A stretch of 63,559 bases of DNA, filler included, from Sluysia triapertura (GCA_046118255.1; 5 parts of 5 records of this genome joined end to end with filler, not necessarily neighbours in it); one strand, 5' to 3'. Positions 1 through 13,550 are shown, counted from the first letter of the whole stretch. Notes: a model not told the origin generated them from the letters alone. Made by a program: numbers and translations.

Positions 1-1379
1 ATCTTCATTGAACTATCTAATAATTCACAAATTTCGCTAATTTTTAATAACAAAGTCTCCTTTTTCATTTTTTTAATACTATCTGTACTTAATTTTTCAT
101 ATTTTTAATGATATTATCAATTCCATTTTCGAACGTTAAATTCTTCATTTTTCAAACATAATAAATTTTCAACAGTTGTAAATAACTTTTGCATAAACTT
201 CAACTAAAAATGAATACTAACTAGCATCTTCTAATAATTTACTCAAATCTTACATTACCTTTATGATTCATTGTCAAGACTAAGAAATATATCATATATA
301 TTTTGCTGCTAGAACTACTTTTGCTTTCAGAAACAAAGGTAGACTAATTCGAAATGAGATTTGCTGTAAAATATTCATTGGAAATATCACGGATTCTTGT
401 TTAGATACCAATTCACAGTTACTCTAATCTTGCATCACTTTAAATTGATGGGTTGTCGTATGTTTTCCTAAATGCGACTAGACATCAGCGCTTAAATCAT
501 CTTTAACATTTTCTAGTATTTCAAATCGTTTGAAAATGCGAAGAAATTCTATCAAACTGACAACAGAATTCTTTTCTTTTTTCAATTTTTCTGAAATTGC
601 TAGTGGTTGACGTCAAATAGTACCATTACACTATAATTCATCAAATTTCCAGTCCCAGATAATCTCTTCGAATATAATCAAAATGATTTACTAAAAGCAG
701 CAATCGAAATATTTCGATTTGTTTAGACTTTGAGCTGATAATACATTAATTGGAACTTTACGCAATACATTACAAAGTTTACATTCTATATCTGATAAAA
801 TAGAATGTTTTGACAGTAATTTCTTTTTCTAAGTCATTAATTTATCGTAGTGTAATTTTTCAGTATCAGTTTATACATCATTGATCTAAGTAACGAAGAG
901 ACAAATTAATACATGTTTGGAATTTTATATTATCTTTTCGTTTTATATTGAAATTATTTATCTCAGTATTATCCTGAGCTCTTTTGCATCATATGTTAGC
1001 CACTTCGGCATCTCGAATTAAAACTGTTGAAGCTACTGGCAAGAGAAGGAGGTGCAATTGTAACAGGAGCACTAGATTTTTGTTTCTATAACTAGTGCTG
1101 CTCTTAAATGAGCATCATATATATTTTCAGATTTAGGATTTCTTACTGGATTATCGATGGGAGCAATTTTGGTTTTGATTTTAGATTATGCTTTTAGTTT
1201 TAGATGAATTTTGTGCAATTTTTGTCTGCAGATTTTGTACAATCAAAAGTCAACAATACGTATATGGAAGTGAAAAAAAAGTAATTTAAAAGAACAATTA
1301 TCAACAATAATTTTAATAATAAAATTTAAACAAATATGATAGATTTTGATTTTAAAGCTACGCAATTATTGAAATCTGT

Positions 1380-1930
1380 ATTGTTATGAAATTTGTGTTC
1401 GGGTTTAATGTGTGTTGTTTGTTGGTTGATATTGTGTTGATTAGAATTTTACTGAGAATGTTAGCTTGTGCTGATATGTGCCTACGTTTGGTTTACGATT
1501 AGAGTTCACTATATTACCATTCCTGTTGGAAGTTTCATAGAGCAGATAATTGAAATTTTTATTCCTATATTTCAAAAGATTTTCTAAGAGACACCAGAAT
1601 GTAATGGTCAGGTTGCGATATTAAGTATGCATTAAAAAGTTCATTAGTAATGTTAATGAATTTTGATATAAGTTAATTGATACAGTGTTTCAGAGTGGCA
1701 TTCGACTATGAGTTAAATTTTCAGAATTTCGTAATTATTAAAATTCTTCATGTTGATTTAGGTATTTAAAGGTCAAGTCTTTTAACTTGATTATTCAATT
1801 TAAGGGTAATAAACCTTGAGAATGTTTAATTACTTTCTTAAAGCTTCTATTGCTGTTATCTAGAACCCTTATCTTATTTTCATAATTAATTACTCGAAAA
1901 TAATGTTTAAAGCACTTTAAAGGAAATTTT
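1380..1930 (-). mobile_element. Highly degraded non-LTR (L2/CR1-like) reverse transcriptase remnant
   Basis: Minus strand has frameshifted echoes of the HSTETAL/..NDL and GVPQG regions (e.g. ITNELF, LPTG). Composition and strand skew resemble the other LINE remnants here. No continuous ORF. Confidence 0.25.
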
Positions 1931-2739
1931 TTTATAATCTTCACATGCATAACTAAGTCAAAACTATTCAAATAACATATAATTAGCAACACAAATAAAT
2001 AAGATATACCTCATTTTATCAGAAAAATCAATTCGACTGTATTCAAATTACAACTATACAATATCATTGATATGTATTCGGAATCCATTTCTTTGTCAAC
2101 AAAATTCTACGGACTCTCTTTTTCTGATTAAGAACATAACCAAGTTTAAACAATACAATTTGTTCTGGCAGTAAAAATATATATATCCATGTATTTGACT
2201 GTAATATCAAATAATTTAAGTAACCCAACTCATTCAATCAAAATTTTCCATTACATAAAAGACCAAACTACTACACAATCACATAACAGCTAAATAACTT
2301 AATATATTAAATCTTAATAATTCAAAATTTAACCACAATGAAATTTCTATAATGAAATTTCAACTTCTCTTAACCTTCTACTTTAACTCTTTATCTCACT
2401 CTAATTTCTTCATCACCTATCGTACAAAACAAATGCCAGAAGAAGCTAGTAGAAACTGAACATAAGTTGCAGGAAAATTAAGTTATTATGAAAGAATTAC
2501 GAGCTAAATGCTTAAATGGTCTATGCCAAAGAGCTACAACTGTTTATTCTGTTGTTGCGTCTTTGTACTTAATAATAATAGCAAATTAAAAGGGTTAATC
2601 TATTTAACAAAACCTCAATTCAATTTAAAATTATCACAAATTTCCTTATTTCGATGATGTTATTTATTCAACCCAAAGATTAAGTTTTTTAAAATAAAAT
2701 AAACAACAATTCAATATTTAATGATTACAAAAGAATCAA

Positions 2740-2935
2740 AAACAAATTACTGTTATTAGTCTTTACTAAACAACAATAAAATGACTAAAGCTACAGGATT
2801 AAACAATAACGTTTATAATAATATCAAGAATATGACAGTCTAAATGAAGAAACTAGGAATGACGCAACAAACACTAAAAATATCGATATCGAGAAAGTTT
2901 AAAATAGTGATACTGCTTAAATATTTTCACATAAC
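2740..2935 (+). repeat. Dispersed repeat family, copy 1 (other copies ~25120-25240 and ~26100-26270)
   Basis: Shared blocks, e.g. ataatatcaa...aggaatgacgcaacaaacactaaaaatatcgat...cttaaatatttt here versus ataatatcaa...aggagtgacgcaacagacactaacaatatcaat...cttaaatatttt at ~26150-26266. Confidence 0.75.
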
Positions 2936-2963
2936 CTTAACCTAATTTGATATCGGTTAAAAG

Positions 2964-3275
2964 TTTTGGGCAGGGATCAAAATCAAATTTATCAATTTCC
3001 TACAAAAAGATAAAAATAACTATATTTATTTCATTATATAAATAAATATATTTATATAAATAAATATTTTATTTATTAAAATATTTATTTTATTTGACTA
3101 TAAAAAATTATAAAAATTTGGGTAGGCATCCTCCAAAAATCAAATTTATCAATTTCCTATAAAAGATAAAAATACAACAGTATTATAATACAAATTATCT
3201 TTATTTTAATTGCTATCAAAAATTTTTGGGCAAGGATCCTCCTAAAAATCAAATTTATGAATATCTAAAGAAAAA
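2964..3275. repeat. Three imperfect tandem copies of a ~50-nt unit (tttgggcaNggatc...aaaatcaaatttatcaatttccta.aaaagataaaaata)
   Basis: Units start at ~2964, ~3117 and ~3224. A second motif, aataataacccaaaaa.gtaaa, occurs twice at ~3328 and ~3413. Confidence 0.75.
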
Positions 3276-5399
3276 TTAAGAATTAAAATTACTTATAATT
3301 AAAATGATAATGAAATATATATTTCAAAATAATAACCCAAAAAAGTAAAGTCGACTTTATTTATTAATGACTTAAAATATTATAATCAATATAATCAAAT
3401 ATTATATTTCCCAATAATAACCCAAAAAGGTAAAAATAACTTAAAATGACTTTAAAACTATTATAATCAATTAAATATTTTCCCAAAAAAATTATTTATT
3501 TATTTTACTTTATTTTTATTTAAAATAATAAAATAATTAAAATAAATAAAAAAGATTACCATATGCATGGATTTTCTATTCAATGCCGGTAAGATTGTGT
3601 TATTGTGTTTGAAAAATTTTTATTTATACTCTCTCATCATCCAATCAAATAAGTAAACAAAATAAAGATCCGAAGATTTACAGACACATAAATATGAAAC
3701 AGAATCGAAACTTACAATAACTCTTCTTCTTCATCTTTTAAATTAATGTTTGTCATATCGATTTGTTCTGTAATTTCATCTGTTACGCGTAATTTATGAA
3801 CTTTAACAATCACTTTGTCATTGAGTGTGATAGCACTAACTTTAAACATCATCCGGTTGATAAAACAATGCAACAAATATTTCTAGTTCAAAATGCATAT
3901 TGTATGGAAATTTTCCTCTAACTGTTACATTATTTATATGTTAGTGTATAAACTTTGCACTACGAACATATTTCGACATAAAAAGTCGTCTCATAATTGA
4001 TACAATTATAAAAACAGACCAAGTAAAATTTTATAATAATAAAATAATTTTTAATAGATATTAAGATTTCTATTAATAATAAAGATTTTATTGATAGTTT
4101 GAAGCTATCATTAAAATAGCTGTGAAATTGCATGATTTTAAGTAATTTGTTACAAAGCAATGAAACTTTGTTAAAATAATCTTTCGTATCCGTAGTTCGA
4201 ATTGTTTTTTTTCAAAAATATATTTTCTGATTGTGAAAATTTTATTACATAAAACTGATTACACGACTAAATTACTAAATTCAATTAAGATAATAAAAAT
4301 AATACATTATTATAATAAAATAATTTATTGTAGACAAATTATTTTAATATAGATTTTATGATTAGTTTAGACTAATGGTGGAAAATGATTAAAAGTTTAC
4401 GTCAATTTTATCTTTACCTTAAAGTAGAGTAACCTCGTCAATAACAAATTTACAATTAACAGAGAGAATCACTATAATGATAATTGCCCATTATCTACCG
4501 CAAATCAGTTACTATGGAACTGATAGTAACTCGAACTTGTTTGTTTAGAATATAATGAAATGAAATCGCTCTGCAATGTAAATGTGTCAATCTTACAACT
4601 GAATTTAATAATTTAGTCCTGTAATCAGTTTTTGAGTAATTTTGATTTAGCACAAAAAGGTAAAGAGAGTTTTAATTTGACCATCATTCCGTTTTAATAT
4701 AAAATCTTTTTGGTCTATCTATACATACGTCTTCTAATAGGTGTATATTTTTGTTAACAAATTAAATTAAGAAAAACATAGCAATAAATCCTAGTTCTTT
4801 TTATACTCTTTACAGTTACATCAATTTTCAAATAATTATTTCAGTCATAATTCATATCCTCCAAGTCATTATTTTAACCAATATTTTCCAAAACAGTTAT
4901 TATTTTAATTTTATCTACAACTAAACATTTATTTTATTCATAATATTTGTAACAATTATATAAAAATAATTATAATAATATTTGTAAATGAGAGTTATAA
5001 TAATTACTATGCCTTTCATTTACAATTATTATTATTATTATTACCCTACATAACGATAATTAATATTTTCAACATATTGGATAAAATAATTATAGCAAAA
5101 CAATACACAAAGACAAAAAAATCATAGAATAATGTATTAAAAGTATAAAAATGTTAATTTATAATTAAAGCCTTTAGCCTTTAATATTTAGCTATTAATT
5201 AAAATTTTAGTGCGATTTTAGCCTTCATTAAATCGGACAAAATAAATTACTGAAATGATTTTACTTATATTTTAAGGTTTGGTATTGCACGACCGCCCTT
5301 ACAAAAAATTAAGGTTTTTTATATGAATATTGAATAAAAATCAAATATTTTCAAACCCGGCTACCAAATAAAACTGAATTATCAGCAATTAAAAATATC

Positions 5400-5625
5400 T
5401 GGAGTTAGTTGTAATGGCCGAATTATTGTTTATTTATAGACTGGAATTTTAAACATAGTAAATAATGCTGGTTTTACTTCTTAAAAAATATGGTTAAAAA
5501 TTTTACTTACGAGTTCGCCTGTAATCCAGTGACTAATATCCCTGTGGAAGGCGCAGTTACAGATAAATGTCAATATGCTGCGTAAAGAGGGTCCTTGTAC
5601 AAATGCGAGTTGTCACTTTAATATT
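5400..5625 (-). pseudogene. Copy of an intron-containing repeated gene-like unit (homologous to ~15880-16030)
   Basis: Reverse complement gggatattagtcactggattacaggcgaactc|gtaagtaaaa matches ggaatattaatcactggattaccagagaaccc|gtaagtaaat at 15908-15949. Putative GT-AG intron at 5441-5510. Confidence 0.5.
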
Positions 5626-5987
5626 AAATTTGTTGCTAAAATTTTTTACTTAGTTTAAAAATTAACGTAAGATTAACTTGGATTAGTTCTTATAAAACTC
5701 AAATGTAAATTAATTTTCCAATTCTACTGTATTAATAAATTTATACAATGTCTTCTTTAAATCTTTAACGAAATAATAAAGAAGTAAACACAGAGTAAGT
5801 TTTGTTACTAGACAATTGTAAAAATAAATAAATAACAAATTTTTTAAAGAATAAATAAATGAATAAATAAATAAATAAATAATACAATTAATCATGAAGC
5901 CAAACCTTAGAAAAAAATGTTAACGAGTAAGGCCTTAATGTCCAGTATGGTTGAATCAATACTATTATCCAGATCTGAAAATACAAA

Positions 5988-6036
5988 ATAATAATAATAA
6001 TAATGATAATGATAATAATAATGATAATAATAATAA
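5988..6036. repeat. (ATA/ATG)n microsatellite
   Basis: Directly visible trinucleotide run. Similar runs at ~23370-23415, 27238-27295, 36485-36515, 52090-52165 and 62563-62620. Confidence 0.9.
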
Positions 6037-8468
6037 CTTTTCCAAATTACCAAACAAGAAAATCTAAAATAAATAAAGTTAATTGCTAAATAAACAAAAC
6101 TTACTATTCTGATTGTACCTAAATAAAAATTAATTATTTAATAAATACAGAGTAAATTAAAAACTAACGTCTGAATTTTGAGTCGATATAACACAATAAT
6201 TTTGACACAGTAAAAGACTTCTGATCAATTCCATTGGTGCGAAATTAGGTAATTTCGTACGTAATCGTAAATTGTAATTTTATACGCGATTCTAACTGGT
6301 GTATATAATTTTAACTGCTACGTGATTTTAATTTTATGCTTGACTTATAAACGTGGTTCGAATTATTGATAACATTTTTTTGAGATGCATAGTGACCGGC
6401 CATCCATTCAATTTAAATAAAATTTTTTATAAGTTTTTTATTCATAGGATCCCTCTTAGTTTAGTAAGAAGTAATTTCTACTTAGAATATTAAATAAAAA
6501 TATCTCTAGTTTACATTAGAGATAATTTAACTACCAAAATCATCGTTATTGTTACAGATAATAATAATTATTATATAATTTTGTGAGGTTTTCTATTTGA
6601 TATACATAATTTATACAACCTTACGTTATTTAGTTGCAACTGTTATTTATTATTTAATTAATTTTATGAAATTTTTTATAATATACCTTCAAGAGATCTT
6701 AGATTTCGTTTATATATATGTATTAGTGAACTCGAAGTAAAGGACAAATAACTAACATAATTTAAGCTTTTCTTTTAGAAAAAAGGAAGTGTTGAACTAA
6801 ATATTCAAAAAGACATAAATAACAAAGAATCTTTGTAAAACAATAAATAATGCAAAGTGTATAAAAAGAATTAAATAATGACGAGTTGTTAATATTCAAT
6901 TCAAAGAAAGTTAAATTTTCTTACGATAATCAGTTAAGCTTTGTGAGAAATAATAGAAATACCAGATAATCATCAAAGATAAATAATTGATAAGTTGTAA
7001 TCTAGTTTATAGAATTAAATAAAAGATTATAAAAGAGTTAAAACTAATTTATTAATAAAGTTTCAGAAACCTTTTAATAGACCATCGAAGATAAGTTGTT
7101 AAGAGAATTTTAACATTAACTAATAGAAGGTGACAATATTAGGATAAGAGTTACCATTGCTCAATAAAAATTTTTAGACCTGTTAACTAATTATTAAAAT
7201 CCTCCGGAATGTCTTGTAAGCCTAAAACGTTAGTGGTGGCGAAGCTCTTAAGTGAAATCTAATTTGTTAGTCGTTAGGTTTAGGAAAAACGCTAACAAAT
7301 TCATCATTATTCTATGTGTGATAACTAGACTATGACTTTGAATAATGATCTATTATTTGTCTTACCATATGACACACAATATTCAATTGAATTTTATTGA
7401 TCACACATTATGTATGTAATTTATTTATAGATTTTTAACTAAATTATTTATAATTTTGTGACTAAATTATTTGTAATTTTGAATTTATAAAATCAATTCA
7501 TTTTGGAATTTATAAAATTAATTTAATAATATAAGTAATTTGTTTTACTAAAATTATTTAATTGTTTGAATATAATTGTTTAAACCATTCAAGGTCAATT
7601 TTTAAATTAATATAAATACATGACATTTTTGAAACAGAACCACCATTTTATTTTATCATCTGAACAGTTGACTACTTTCGAATATTTGAAAAAACAAATT
7701 TCATATTGTAAAATTCGTTAGTTCGTTTTTATTAAGTTTTAGTACTCACGTAATATCTACTTAAATTAATATTATTGCACATTTTAGAACCATTTAAAGG
7801 TTCTCTGTAAAATATTAATTAAAATCATTCTGAAAAAAATTAACTTGATAAGTTAACTTCGTAAATTTACTATTTATAATTATCTACTGTTATCTGAATT
7901 TTATATTTTTTGTAACGTTTATTTTATTTTATATAACACACATTCCCACATGAAGTTTGTTGTTATTAATTAAAATTTTATTATTAATTCTATTTAAAAG
8001 AATTATATGCAAATTTTATAGTTACAAAATACTAAAATTAATACTTGTACCACATTCCTCGGAAATTTATCTGCAAATCCTATTTAAAAAGGATTTTTGT
8101 AAAATAGCAACTTCATAATTATTTATAAAAGATACTATTACTACATTAACTTCTTTTTATAGGAATACGTAAAATCCATTGTTCTTAATCCTATTCGCAA
8201 AATAACAATTCATTAATAGATATATTCAATTTAACTACTACAGAAACCTTTACTAATAATAATACACTGAGTTTTCCTAAATCTATCATAAATCCCAATC
8301 AAACAGTAAAGAACTAAGGAATTAATTCGATTACGAAGTATATAAGTCAAGTAAGCACAGTTAATTGACCTTCTATAGTTATTTTCTTCTAGGAAATCCA
8401 ACATCTATGACTAGATATGTTGAACTCACACATTCTTATCTTTATTCGTGAGCAAACTAAGTTACGTT

Positions 8469-8654
8469 NNNNNNNNNNNNNNNNNNNNNNNNNNNNNNNN
8501 NNNNNNNNNNNNNNNNNNNNNNNNNNNNNNNNNNNNNNNNNNNNNNNNNNNNNNNNNNNNNNNNNNNNNNNNNNNNNNNNNNNNNNNNNNNNNNNNNNNN
8601 NNNNNNNNNNNNNNNNNNNNNNNNNNNNNNNNNNNNNNNNNNNNNNNNNNNNNN
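8469..8654. other. Assembly gap (186 N)
   Basis: Run of N with no internal spacer. Confidence 0.99.
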
Positions 8655-10339
8655 ACATTAAATAACTTTAAATAAAAGACTTGTATAAAATCTGGGTTGA
8701 AACCATTTAATTATTATGCAGCTGAGATGATGTTTATAATTTTAAAATGTTGGAAAAATATATACTGCGAAGTAATGTAATTTCAAAAGAAAATGTAAGT
8801 GAACCGGATGAAATAGTTGATCATTTCGAATATTATATGAATATTGACTGTATAGACTGTCAAAGTTGAAAGTATAATCTTTTCTGTTTATATTGTTCGT
8901 TTTTATTTTTTACAGTATGTGATAATTTATTTTCAAAAGAACTTTGATTTCCATTTTGTTTTTGAAGAAAAATTAAATAAATTTAATTGCGCATGTAATA
9001 TTAAAAAATAATTTAAAGATTAATAGTATTAATAGTATTAAAATTAAAGATAATATCGCACAATGTCTATTATAAACTTTATTCCTTAAAGTAGTGTTTT
9101 AAAAGCTCTTATGCATAGATTAAATGAAGTTTCAAAAGCTATATCGACAAATATTTACTTATGACCTACAGATCTTAAATTGGATGTTATAATAATAATT
9201 TTGCTATTTGACTATAATTCTACAAAAAATCAAAAGTTTTAAAATATAACCAAAAACTCTGTCACAATTAATCTTAAATAATTCATAAAATCAATAAAAG
9301 AGTTTTAAATAATTGTACGGGTATTGAAATTTAATTAATTTAAAAGTATAAACTTGGACTAAAATATTTTTTATTATTGCGCATATTGAAAGATAAAATT
9401 AAAAAGGAAAATAATTATATTTTTTTGAAGATAAATTTATGAAATTATTTACTTAGAACAAACATTCCGAAAATAAAACATTATTTAATTAACTAAATAC
9501 ATATTCATATAAAAATATATTATTAAATTTGGATGTTAAAAATTATATCTAGCTGAATTAAACGAGTAATTTGTGTAATTAAAAGAACTATATAATAATT
9601 TTCAGATTATAGAACTAAATTTTATTAATTTTATTAATTAAATGAATTTTATTAATTAAAATAAATCATTTCCAACTAAGAGCTTAGTATTTTCGGTAAC
9701 TTCAAAGAAACAGATTAAAAATCCGAAAGAAATATTGAAAAATGGAAAAACATTGAGTAGTATATAAGTACTATGACAATAATACATATACATTAACTGT
9801 ATCATATAATTTGACTTAACTATACAGGTAAGTTAACTGTAGAAAAGCTTTTATAGATTAATTCGAAAAATTAATAGCCTTAAACAGTAAAACTGTATGA
9901 GCTAGATTTTCCAATATAATGGCACAATTCAAAAACATTTTAAATAAATAACCGATTTAGAAACACAAATATTTAGTTACAAATAATTCCGTAATATTCT
10001 CGTTACAATTTCATTTTGTTTCGATTGCCAAACGAAACGAATAAAAAAGATGTGGAACTAAAAATGCAGAATAATTAATACGAAATGATGGAAAAGCAAT
10101 AAAACATTGTTGGAGTCAGAATGATGAAGATGACAATATTTATAGTCATCTTAGGAATTGAAGAATACTTCGGAATTCGAAAATATTGAGACTGGTTTAG
10201 AAAGAGTTTTGGAGTATTGAAGTACTTTGAACCTGTAAACCTTGATACAACTTAAGTTCTCATCAATATTCAAGAATCTTTGAGATCTTGATGAGCATTC
10301 GAGACTTTTCAGTAACTTTGTAAGATATTAAAGAGCCTT

Positions 10340-10460
10340 TAAAGTACCAAACATCTTTGAAACCTTAATAAAACGTTTAAACATAAAGTAAGATTTAATT
10401 TAAATATAGGTTAATTAACTAAAATCTTAACTAACTTAATTAATAAAAAAAGTACGTTTT
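10340..10460 (+). repeat. Dispersed AT-rich repeat, inverted copy at ~21570-21690
   Basis: aaagtac...aaccttaataaaac...aaaatcttaactaacttaa...aaaaagtacgtttt is the approximate reverse complement of aaaacgtactttttc...ttaagttaattaagatttt...gttttattaaggtt...gtacttt. Confidence 0.65.
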
Positions 10461-11517
10461 TATGAATTAAGTTTGAATGTGGAATGCTACGTCAACATTG
10501 TAACGATGAATATAGTGTTTGATTTCGCTTATTCAAGAAAACTCCATTTTTATTTAATTCTTGATTATAGAATGTTGAATTTTTCATATTTTGAATGATG
10601 AAAAGATAACGAATTAAATATGAATGATAGCTAAGAAAAAAGAGATTCTACATATTAATTTCAAATGTTTGAGAATGACAGCCTTAAATATTTTCTATTA
10701 GGTAAATGAGTGTAAAGAATTGAAGAGCAAAACTAAAATTAAATCAGTAATATTGATGATTCTTATTATTTTAATGTGAGAAGTAATTTACGTAAAGTAT
10801 GTCAAATAGAGTAAAAGAAAATAATGACTGATCATTAATCATTTTTCCATAAAGTTTGATAGGCTGTACCTTATAATTTAATGCTTAGTTTAATCTTCAA
10901 GGAAGTTCTTCTTATTTGTGTAGGAGAAAATTTGAGTGTAAAATTCGAGAATATGTGGAACCTGAGAAAGTACAAAATGGAATACTTAACATTTTTAACA
11001 CTATAAAAAATACAGAATAACAAAACACAATACGCATAACGAAGAGAAGAATACCAATCTGTCTAGTGAATGTACTCGTTACTTTGGTAATTTTTATACT
11101 TTTATTTTATTTTTGTTATTTTTATTATTTTCAAATTTTTTTTGGGAGATTTCCCTTTAAGTTTTTGGATGTTATAAAAATTACATTTTTAAACATTTTG
11201 GGGAAATTTGATTTTAAACATTATTTTTAATAAATTTGGGGAAATCCCCATTTGAATTTAGTTATAGTAATTTGGGAAATCCCAGTTCAAAATTTTATAT
11301 TTTATTTAATTTCCAAATTTTTTGTTTATTGAGTGGTTTATCGTTAATTGTTTAGTACTTATTTGTATCATAGCTGCTTTAGTTGTTTTCGAATATTTGA
11401 CTCTAATTAATGATAAATGATAATTCTGAAATTAGTTAAATTTATTTGTCATTGTTGTTTTAACAATGGTTTGTTGTACTCAATTTCAGAGAGAAAAGTG
11501 AAAAATTACATTTAATA

Positions 11518-11730
11518 ATTAATCAAGCAGCAAGACTAATTCTTGAAGTTGGAAGAAGATCTCATATAACACCCTATCTCAAAGAATTACATTGGTTGCC
11601 AAGAATAGAATTTAAAATTATGACATTAATTTACAAATGCTTACATTACGGAAATCCTGAATATCTTTTGGAAATAATACGAAAATTGGAAATGAAGATG
11701 AATATTTCATTGAGACATAATAATAATCTA
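11518..11730 (+). mobile_element. L2/Crack-type LINE ORF2 C-terminal fragment
   Basis: Translates NQAARLILEVGRRSHITPYLKELHWLPRIEFKIMTLIYKCLHYGNPEYL, the characteristic AARL...HITP.L..LHWLP..RI.FK..L.YK.L....P.YL tail of L2-clade LINEs. Truncated by the spacer. Confidence 0.85.
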
Positions 11731-11830
11731 NNNNNNNNNNNNNNNNNNNNNNNNNNNNNNNNNNNNNNNNNNNNTTAATTAATTAANNNNNNNNNNNNNN
11801 NNNNNNNNNNNNNNNNNNNNNNNNNNNNNN
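11731..11830. other. Artificial contig-joining spacer (44N-TTAATTAATTAA-44N)
   Basis: 12-mer with stop codons in all six frames, centred in a 100-nt N block. Identical structure occurs four times. Confidence 0.97.
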
Positions 11831-12519
11831 GACCAAATTCGGAAAAGGTTTTCCAGGATTATTTTAAAGTACAAACATTAGGTACTTTAACGCCTTCCGA
11901 ATTTCTCACCTTTTGGTTGTGACATCGATGAAAATCACGATGTCTTAAAACGCTTATTCCTCGATGCTATGCCCCTCACAGTTCAAGGAATACTCGTAGG
12001 AACTCAAAACACTAAGATTGATGAACTGGCCAAGATCGCCGACAACGTCATCTCTATATGGAACAAGAATCACCAACAACCACTTTATGCAATGAACGAT
12101 TCTTCTTCCAACAGCCAAAAACTCAACACTACAACAACCAACAATGAAACACAAAATCTATTAGTGCAGGTCCAAAATTTGACAAAACAAGTCGCGGATC
12201 TTACAAAAATTCTGTATTCAAAATCAAGAGACAACTCTTCAACAAAAAGAGCTAGTTCTCCTACATTTTCAACAAAATCTACCAACTCTAACAAATCAAC
12301 GCAAAACAAACGACCGTTCAACGGAATCTGCTACTACCACAACAGATTCCAACAACATGTTAAATCTTGCTTACTAGGATGTAGATATCCAAATAAATCT
12401 ACAAACCTAACAATTAAGAACTTGTGTGTATATCACTCACACTTTCAAAAAAGTTCTAAAAGATGCATGGACGTTGCATCTATTTTAAACAAAATCTAAG
12501 ATCCCCTACAAAAAACTAA
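11831..12519 (+). pseudogene. gag: Gypsy gag with two tandem CHCC-type zinc knuckles
   Basis: LFLDAMP..VQGIL......IDELAKIAD motif, then CYYHNRF....KSCLLGC and CVYHSHF....KRCMD(G)CIY. The second knuckle is broken by a 1-nt deletion near 12473. Confidence 0.85.
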
Positions 12520-12560
12520 AACTGCCAACGGTCGAAGCGGCTAGACCGAAACGTTTGGCA
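12510..12560 (+). promoter_or_regulatory. Predicted -1 programmed ribosomal frameshift signal (A_AAA_AAC + downstream stem-loop)
   Basis: Slippery heptamer AAAAAAC (12510-12516) immediately before the gag TAA. After 6 nt: TGCCAA-CGGTC (12523-12533) pairing with GACCG (12544-12548) and TTGGCA (12555-12560). The -1 frame reads KLKLPTVEAA toward the protease. Confidence 0.7.
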
Positions 12561-12613
12561 ATCAATGGTATCTTCAAACTGCGCTCACCTACATTGATTT
12601 TAAATATCCTCAA

Positions 12614-12890
12614 TTGGATTTTCTAATAGATACTGGAGCTGCCGTGTCTGTGATCCATCAATGTTTTATCAGAAATACGCCACAGACACATTCTTTCCTC
12701 ATAGCAGCTAATGGAACAACCGTTACCTGCTACGGCTCCAGGAAACTACACTCCAACGAAATCTTCGACTGGACTTTTCTAATCGCCGCAGTCCAGCAAC
12801 CGATTATAGGAGCCGATTTTCTCACTCATTACAAGCTCCTAGTCGATTGCCACAATAAAACCTTAACAAAGTCCATTCAACAACTCAACA
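12614..12890 (+). pseudogene. Gypsy aspartic protease
   Basis: FLIDTGAAVSVI ... LIAANGT ... W.FLIAAV..PIIGADFL..Y.LLVD. Confidence 0.9.
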
Positions 12891-13550
12891 AATCACCTTT
12901 CTAGGCCATAACATCTCCGTTGACGGGATAGAACCACTCGAAACCCGTACAACAGCCATAAGAGACTTCCCTCAACCCAAAACAGTTACACAAATGAGGA
13001 GTTTCTTAGGTCTAGTCAATTATTGTCGACGCTTCATCCCGAAACTATCAGAAACAATAGCACCTTTAACGGCATTATCTTCGGAAAAGAAAAACCAACA
13101 AACAAATCTCTAGAATCTTCTGACCAAATAAAACAGGCAATTATGAAAATGGAAAGTTTAGTGTTTCCACAACATTTACCGTTCACCTTAACAACCGATG
13201 CTTCAAATATAGCAATAGGTGCGGTATTAACACAAATACAACAAGAAACAACCAGACCAATAGAGTTTTACTCCCATTAACTCTCTGCACAACAAACTAG
13301 ATATTCGGCATTCGACCGTGAATTACTTACAATTTATCTTTCCGTCAAACACTTCGAGTATCTTCTACTCCCAGCACAATTCACGCTCAGAACAGACCAC
13401 AAACCGTTGTTACACATCTTTACAATGAAAAACCCCACTCCAAGACAACAACGGCACATTAGCTACTTGTCCCAATTCAACTTCAACATAGAATTCATCC
13501 CGGGACAAGAAAACGTGGTTGCCAATGCACTATCACGTGTAGGTCTAAAT
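12891..13550 (+). pseudogene. Gypsy RT thumb/connection and RNase H (frameshifted)
   Basis: FLGHNISVDGIEP...FPQPKTVTQMRSFLGLVNY; LTTDASNIAIGAVL; RYSAFDRELL; TDHKPL; PGQENVVANALSR. Confidence 0.9.

Noticed and set aside
2964-3275. CRISPR-like repeat-spacer appearance
   Set aside because: Eukaryotic context, degenerate repeats, irregular low-complexity spacers and no cas genes.
8389-8675. Three ORFs in the ORF track
   Set aside because: They are open only because they cross the N gap.
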